Source: an uncultured Candidatus Binatia bacterium
Lineage (GTDB): Bacteria > Desulfobacterota > Binatia > UBA9968 > JAJDTQ01
Direction of reading: 5' to 3'
DNA: 64,000 nucleotides
Assembly: GCA_965242525.1 (NCBI GenBank)
Contig: OZ251459.1
Coordinates: 1,696,001 to 1,760,000, forward strand
The stretch's first letter is position 1, and each line of letters starts with the position of its first letter. Below, piece after piece: positions 60,301 to 64,000 of this stretch. Under the pieces are notes generated by a model. The model ran no database searches and was not told the DNA's origin. It saw nothing but the letters and a program-made list of their open reading frames with translations. Position numbers and translations under genes: made by a program.

Positions 60301-60704
60301 GCCGGGCCGCCCATGAGTTGGGCCGGCTCGCGCCGGGGATGGCCATCCCCCCGGAACAGGAAGCGGTGCGGCGCCTCACGGACTCGGGCCGGCAGATGCA
60401 GGCCGCGATGCAGCGGTTGGCGCAACGGGGACGGCTGGGACGGGTGCCGCTGGTGCGCCTGTTCCGGGACGGCCGCTTCATTCCGTCCGGCCGGTCCGCT
60501 CCCCCGGCCGGGACGCCCCGGTTCCCGGACTTCGACGTGGACGAGAGCCTCGCCGGACTGGACACGGACAAGGTGGAGCTTCCCGGAAAGGACGACTACA
60601 AGCCCGAGAAGTTCCGCAAGGAGATCCTGGAAGCCCTCAAGCAGGGGGCGCCGGACCGGTACAGGGAACAGATCGAGAGCTACTTCAGGGAGCTGTCGCA
60701 ATAG
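57396..60704 (+). CDS. DUF4175-like membrane-anchored coiled-coil protein
   Basis: Three N-terminal TMs, PPHYTG, AEDDYG, DNDTISGPK, long helical tail, C-terminal YFREL. Confidence 0.85.
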   Translation: MATPPHEREYGEIRDFLRRFVRRFRMVRGMEGLCLTAAAALVLAALGLGVDAVKERLPYAPLALSILSGATLLGLVGYTLLCFLRPHALSWAARCIERQRPELRNNLINSLQLYPQLTGPADAAGASAPMILALVRQTREQVRAIRLAHVVDCRPLKARARLLALVAAPVLALAAWNPGFPGRTLALVAHPLEHLPPADIFIHVVTRDVRVIRGTSVAVEAVTSGAKPGRVVLAFRPSASGDGGEAERTAAMERTGPDRYAAMLPEVTEDLDYRVVTGPFASPWYRIAATERPAVTDLTVTLYPPHYTGLPDETLAGGNVRGVKGSTLSFAVAANKPVAHAVLALDDGREVPLKLTGDRLQGSMVLFRSQRYRIRMEDPFGFENLPAPYEMHAVPDGFPVVELLRPAEDLEVNGDERLVLEYRAEDDYGVREIALAARVGDREERLPVWRRDPERTLQDRFVWDLDAMGLDQGDVVTYHLEILDNDTISGPKLGRSRPFSLRLKDLEVEHRQVTEMVRGLSDKMLDLLADHLESAPTEAPPAAAGPSPEDRLAEGLHRMMERVDEVMARTRDDRMSDFATWSDLETLKRNLEYARTESLDEMRQASSAGERERAHDEMATDLERMSMLSEDMSRRLAGQNAASNARDMVKGQERFLDSLEKLRSGHKELDEVLDELSRLSRQLRELQASLMRFARDLPGEFLNPESMRNMPFADMRSGMDDIRRKLREGDIQGALQLARELFNQMAQLAASLRSGQQQAQNSMMARMQGAMSQSGNELQQILREQQDILLGTESSHGENTRELEERRREALERLAAETRAKLEPLTRLLTDRELQDAQGLPETADRDAVSVHPLLAGLLSMLADRDFAAFAQRLEPALDQLDQPLTEDQRKGVAAMAELAREYRDLGRMAAPEMTAPRKEAVRGLAVRQGVLEERTRDLAERLRHLFQLFPSLDPKIVRDVAEASGFMGRAAHELGRLAPGMAIPPEQEAVRRLTDSGRQMQAAMQRLAQRGRLGRVPLVRLFRDGRFIPSGRSAPPAGTPRFPDFDVDESLAGLDTDKVELPGKDDYKPEKFRKEILEALKQGAPDRYREQIESYFRELSQ

Positions 60705-60730
60705 CCCGGGTCCCGAAGCGGCGGCGAGGC

Positions 60731-60946
60731 GGAAAACGTCGGCAGCCTCACGAACGAGCGCGTCCTTCGACTTCGCTTCGCTACGCTCGGGACGAACGGG
60801 GACAAGAGGGCCGCGTGACGGAAGACCGGAAGCCGCCGCGGGCTGGTGGGCACGGTGTTTCACGGACAAGAGGGCCATGTGACGGAAGCCCCTCATGCAC
60901 GGCTCGATCGTCCAGGGTTTCCGTTGGTTGGTGGTTCGGAGTTTCC
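60731..60946. repeat. Degenerate MITE-like shell with a REP family 2 unit and an internal ~25-bp direct repeat
   Basis: Unit at 60761-60799; GGACAAGAGGGCC..GTGACGGAAG at 60800 and 60864; right-end motif ATCGTCCAGGGTTTCC ending at 60922. Confidence 0.65.
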
Positions 60947-60979
60947 CCTGGATCGTCAGCGAGCTTTCCGGTGTCCCGA

Positions 60980-62581
60980 ATGAGAATCGCAAGGTTCCGA
61001 TGCGCCTGGGGGGCGGTGCTGCTGGCGGCCGTCCTCTGGTCGCCGGCCGCGGCCCGGGACGAGGCTCCCGCGGCGCCGGCCGGGTCCGGCGTCGAGGCCG
61101 CGAGGGAGTTGCTGGGCGCGTGGCGCGTGGAAGAGGCCCGGCCGGTGGTGTCCCGCCTCATGGCGGAGCGGCCGGGTTCCGCGGAGGTCCTGGACCTGGG
61201 AGCGCTCCTGGCCTACTACGAGGGCGACTACGACGGGGCCCTCGAAACCGTGGAGAGGTCCCTGGAGGTGGAGGCGGAGGACGACCGACGCCAGGGGCTG
61301 CGCCTCCTGCTGCAACAGACCCGCGACGCCACCCGGGGCTTCCGGCGTTTCGAGAGCGAGCACTTCGTACTCTACCTCCACGACGCCCGGGACGGCATCC
61401 TGGCGGAACCCGCGCTGGCGGCCCTGGAGAAGGCGCAGCAGGAGGTGGGGCGCGAGCTGGGGTATCGGCCCCGGTCCAGGGTGCGCGTGGAGATCGCGCC
61501 GGACGTGCGCTCGTTCAACGCCATCTCGACGCTTTCGCTGAGGGACATCGAAGAAACCGGCGCCGTCGGCCTGTGCAAGTTCAACAAGGTCATGATCATC
61601 TCGCCGCGGGTGCTCGCGCGCGGCTACCGCTGGCTCGACTCCCTGGCCCACGAATACATCCATTTCGCCATCGTCCACCTGACCCGGAACAAGACCCCCA
61701 TCTGGCTGCACGAAGGCATCGCGCGCTACTACGAGACCTTGTGGCGGAACCCCGTACAGGGCGAGAGGCCGGATTACCTGACCCCGGCCAACGAGACCTT
61801 GCTGGCCACGGCCGCGGCCACGCGGGAGTTCGTGAGCTTCGAGGAGATGGAGCCGTCCCTCATACGGCTGGATACGCCGGAGCAGGTGCAACTGGCCTAT
61901 GCCGAGGCGGCCTCCGCGGTGGACTACATCAAGGGCGTCCGAGGTCCCGGGGGCATCCGGGAAGTGCTGGCGCAAGTGGAGCGCACTTCCACGGCCGAGG
62001 CCATCGAAGCGGTCATGGGGAAGCCGCTGGAGCAGTTCGAGGCCGACTGGCGGGAGTTCGTCCGGGGACAGGGCCTCCGGGTGGTGGAGGGGAGCCGCAT
62101 GCGCACCTACGAGGTCAAGGACGAATCGAGGAGTCAGGAGATCGTCGAACTGGGGGAGATCCGGTCCGAGATCGCCAGGAACCGGACCCATCTGGGAGAC
62201 CGCATGCGTGCGCGCGGGCGCCTGCGCGCCGCGGCCGCGGAGTACCGCAGGGCGCTGCGGGCCGGCCCGAACTCCGTCGTCATACTGGAACGGCTGGGGG
62301 AGGCGCTGGTCCACGGCCAACGGTTCGGGGAGGCGCTGCCGTACCTGGAGAAGGCGCTGCGCCTGAACCCGGACTCGATCCGGGCTTGGTTCCTGACGGG
62401 CCGGCTCCACCACGGCGCCGGCGACTACGCCGCGGCGCGCAGCGCCCTGCGGGAGGCGCTCCAGATCAACCCGTTCCACCCCGGCGTGTACCGCGTCCTG
62501 GGCCAGGTCCACGAAGCGCTGGGGGAGGAAGCGGAGGCGCGCAAGGCCCGGGGAGTCCTGCAGGAACTGGGGGGCCGGTGA
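60980..62581 (+). CDS. Secreted TPR protein with a peptidase MA-like zinc domain
   Basis: Signal peptide, HEYIH...PIWLHEG gluzincin motif, C-terminal TPRs. Confidence 0.85.
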   Translation: MRIARFRCAWGAVLLAAVLWSPAAARDEAPAAPAGSGVEAARELLGAWRVEEARPVVSRLMAERPGSAEVLDLGALLAYYEGDYDGALETVERSLEVEAEDDRRQGLRLLLQQTRDATRGFRRFESEHFVLYLHDARDGILAEPALAALEKAQQEVGRELGYRPRSRVRVEIAPDVRSFNAISTLSLRDIEETGAVGLCKFNKVMIISPRVLARGYRWLDSLAHEYIHFAIVHLTRNKTPIWLHEGIARYYETLWRNPVQGERPDYLTPANETLLATAAATREFVSFEEMEPSLIRLDTPEQVQLAYAEAASAVDYIKGVRGPGGIREVLAQVERTSTAEAIEAVMGKPLEQFEADWREFVRGQGLRVVEGSRMRTYEVKDESRSQEIVELGEIRSEIARNRTHLGDRMRARGRLRAAAAEYRRALRAGPNSVVILERLGEALVHGQRFGEALPYLEKALRLNPDSIRAWFLTGRLHHGAGDYAAARSALREALQINPFHPGVYRVLGQVHEALGEEAEARKARGVLQELGGR

Positions 62582-62625
62582 CGCGCCGGTCCGCACCACT
62601 CACCATCGGGAGAAAGTGAAGCCCC

Positions 62626-63654
62626 ATGGACGACACACGACTCGCAGACCGGGAACTGGCGGCCATCGAGGAGTTCGGAGAAAAGCGCCGGGTGATGCTT
62701 TCGGAGATCCGCAAGGTCATCGTGGGCCAGGAAAAGGCCGTGGAGGAGGTGCTGATCGCGCTCTTCTCCCGAGGCCACTGCCTGCTGGTGGGGGTTCCGG
62801 GGCTGGCCAAGACCATGCTCATCAGCACCCTGGCGGAAGTGCTGGACCTCCGGTTCAACCGCATCCAGTTCACCCCCGACCTCATGCCGTCGGACATCAC
62901 CGGCACCGACATCCTGCAGGAGGACGCGGCCACCGGCAGGCGCCGGTTCCAGTTCCTGAAAGGCCCCATCTTCACCAACGTCCTGCTGGCGGACGAGATC
63001 AACCGGACGCCGCCCAAGACCCAGGCGGCGCTGTTGCAGTCCATGCAGGAATACCGCGTGACCGCCAGCGGAACCACCTATCCACTGGACCTGCCGTTCT
63101 TCGTCCTGGCGACCCAGAACCCCGTGGAGCAGGAAGGCACGTACCCGCTGCCGGAAGCCCAACTCGACCGCTTCATGCTGAACGTCCACATATCCTACCC
63201 TCCCCTGGAGGACGAGGTGCAGATCGTCCTCCAGACCACCTCGGCCGACAAGCCGTCGCCGTCCAGGGTCATGGACGGGCCGGCGATCCTCGGTTGCCAG
63301 GACCTCGTGCGGCGGGTCCCGGCGTCGCGGTTCGTGGTAAACTACGCGGTGTCGCTGGCGCAACGAACGCGGCCGGGCAACCCCCAGGCCCCCGGGTTCG
63401 TCGAGGACTACGTGGAATGGGGCGCGGGTCCCCGGGCGTCGCAGTTCCTGGTCCTGGGAGGCAAGGCCCGAACCATACTGGACGGCCGCTTCGCGGTCTC
63501 CGCGGAAGACGTCCGGGCCATGGCGCCATCGGTCCTGCGCCACCGCATCATCCCCAACTTCAAGGCCCAGGCCGAGGGGGTCTCGTCCATGGACATCATC
63601 ACCCGGCTGCTGGAAGAGGTCCGGCCCGAGTCCGAGGGCAGCGCCGCGGCCTGA
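62626..63654 (+). CDS. moxR: MoxR-family AAA+ ATPase
   Basis: GVPGLAKT, RIQFTPDLMPSD, LADEINR, ATQNP, YPLPEAQLDRF. Confidence 0.96.
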   Translation: MDDTRLADRELAAIEEFGEKRRVMLSEIRKVIVGQEKAVEEVLIALFSRGHCLLVGVPGLAKTMLISTLAEVLDLRFNRIQFTPDLMPSDITGTDILQEDAATGRRRFQFLKGPIFTNVLLADEINRTPPKTQAALLQSMQEYRVTASGTTYPLDLPFFVLATQNPVEQEGTYPLPEAQLDRFMLNVHISYPPLEDEVQIVLQTTSADKPSPSRVMDGPAILGCQDLVRRVPASRFVVNYAVSLAQRTRPGNPQAPGFVEDYVEWGAGPRASQFLVLGGKARTILDGRFAVSAEDVRAMAPSVLRHRIIPNFKAQAEGVSSMDIITRLLEEVRPESEGSAAA

Positions 63655-63740
63655 CCGGCGGCCCGGGCCGCGGAGACTCGCCTGCCCTCCGCCTGACGGC
63701 GCGTGCGCCAAGCTCCGGGAGCGCCTTCGGACCGAGCGTC

Positions 63741-64000
63741 ATGCTGCTCCATTTCGACTACGACGGCGTGCTCGTGGACTCCTTCGACCAGTTGCTGTCC
63801 GCGGCCCGGGAAGCGGCTTCGGACACCGGCCTCGGAAGGCCGCCGACCCGCAGCGACTTCGAGACCATCGAGGACCTCACCGCGAACGGCATCGCCGCCC
63901 TGCTGGGAGTGCCGCAACACGGCATCGACCTCTACACCCGCCGGATGCACCAGGCCCTCGCCGCCGACGGCCATGAGCCGACCATGTTCCCGGACATCCC
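63741..64000 (+). CDS. HAD-family hydrolase (3'-partial)
   Basis: MLLHFDYDGVLVDS motif I; runs off the window. Confidence 0.8.
   Translation, partial: MLLHFDYDGVLVDSFDQLLSAAREAASDTGLGRPPTRSDFETIEDLTANGIAALLGVPQHGIDLYTRRMHQALAADGHEPTMFPDI

Overview
Very GC-rich bacterial chromosomal window with about 47 credible genes; the long antisense ORFs in the track are shadows. Housekeeping genes are metH, ileS-lspA, pepP, ppk2, a phosphohexomutase and moxR. Catabolic genes are abundant: two UbiD decarboxylases (one resembling anaerobic phthaloyl-CoA decarboxylase), paired class III CoA-transferases, a TRAP-TAXI transporter, two LLM oxidoreductases, a ThDP enzyme and a gamma-glutamylation cassette. There is also a glycan/sulfation island (12.9-21.1 kb), a single-chain restriction-modification enzyme (30.3-34.1 kb) and a NYN nuclease. 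The most unusual signals are: (1) a frameshifted NCS2 permease fused to a degenerate RsbW-like HATPase domain, followed by a STAS anti-anti-sigma gene and a GOLPH3/GPP34 gene; (2) a nested repeat system in which MITE-like shells (GGAACCTCTGAAC termini, TTTC flanks) carry copy-number-variable arrays of a REP-like unit, a second REP family encloses GIY-YIG nuclease remnants, and a third is translated in frame inside the R-M enzyme; (3) a ~150-nt rod-shaped 5' leader upstream of the first UbiD. No rRNA, tRNA, CRISPR array or intact transposase was found. All family assignments come from motif recognition and recall, not from database searches.
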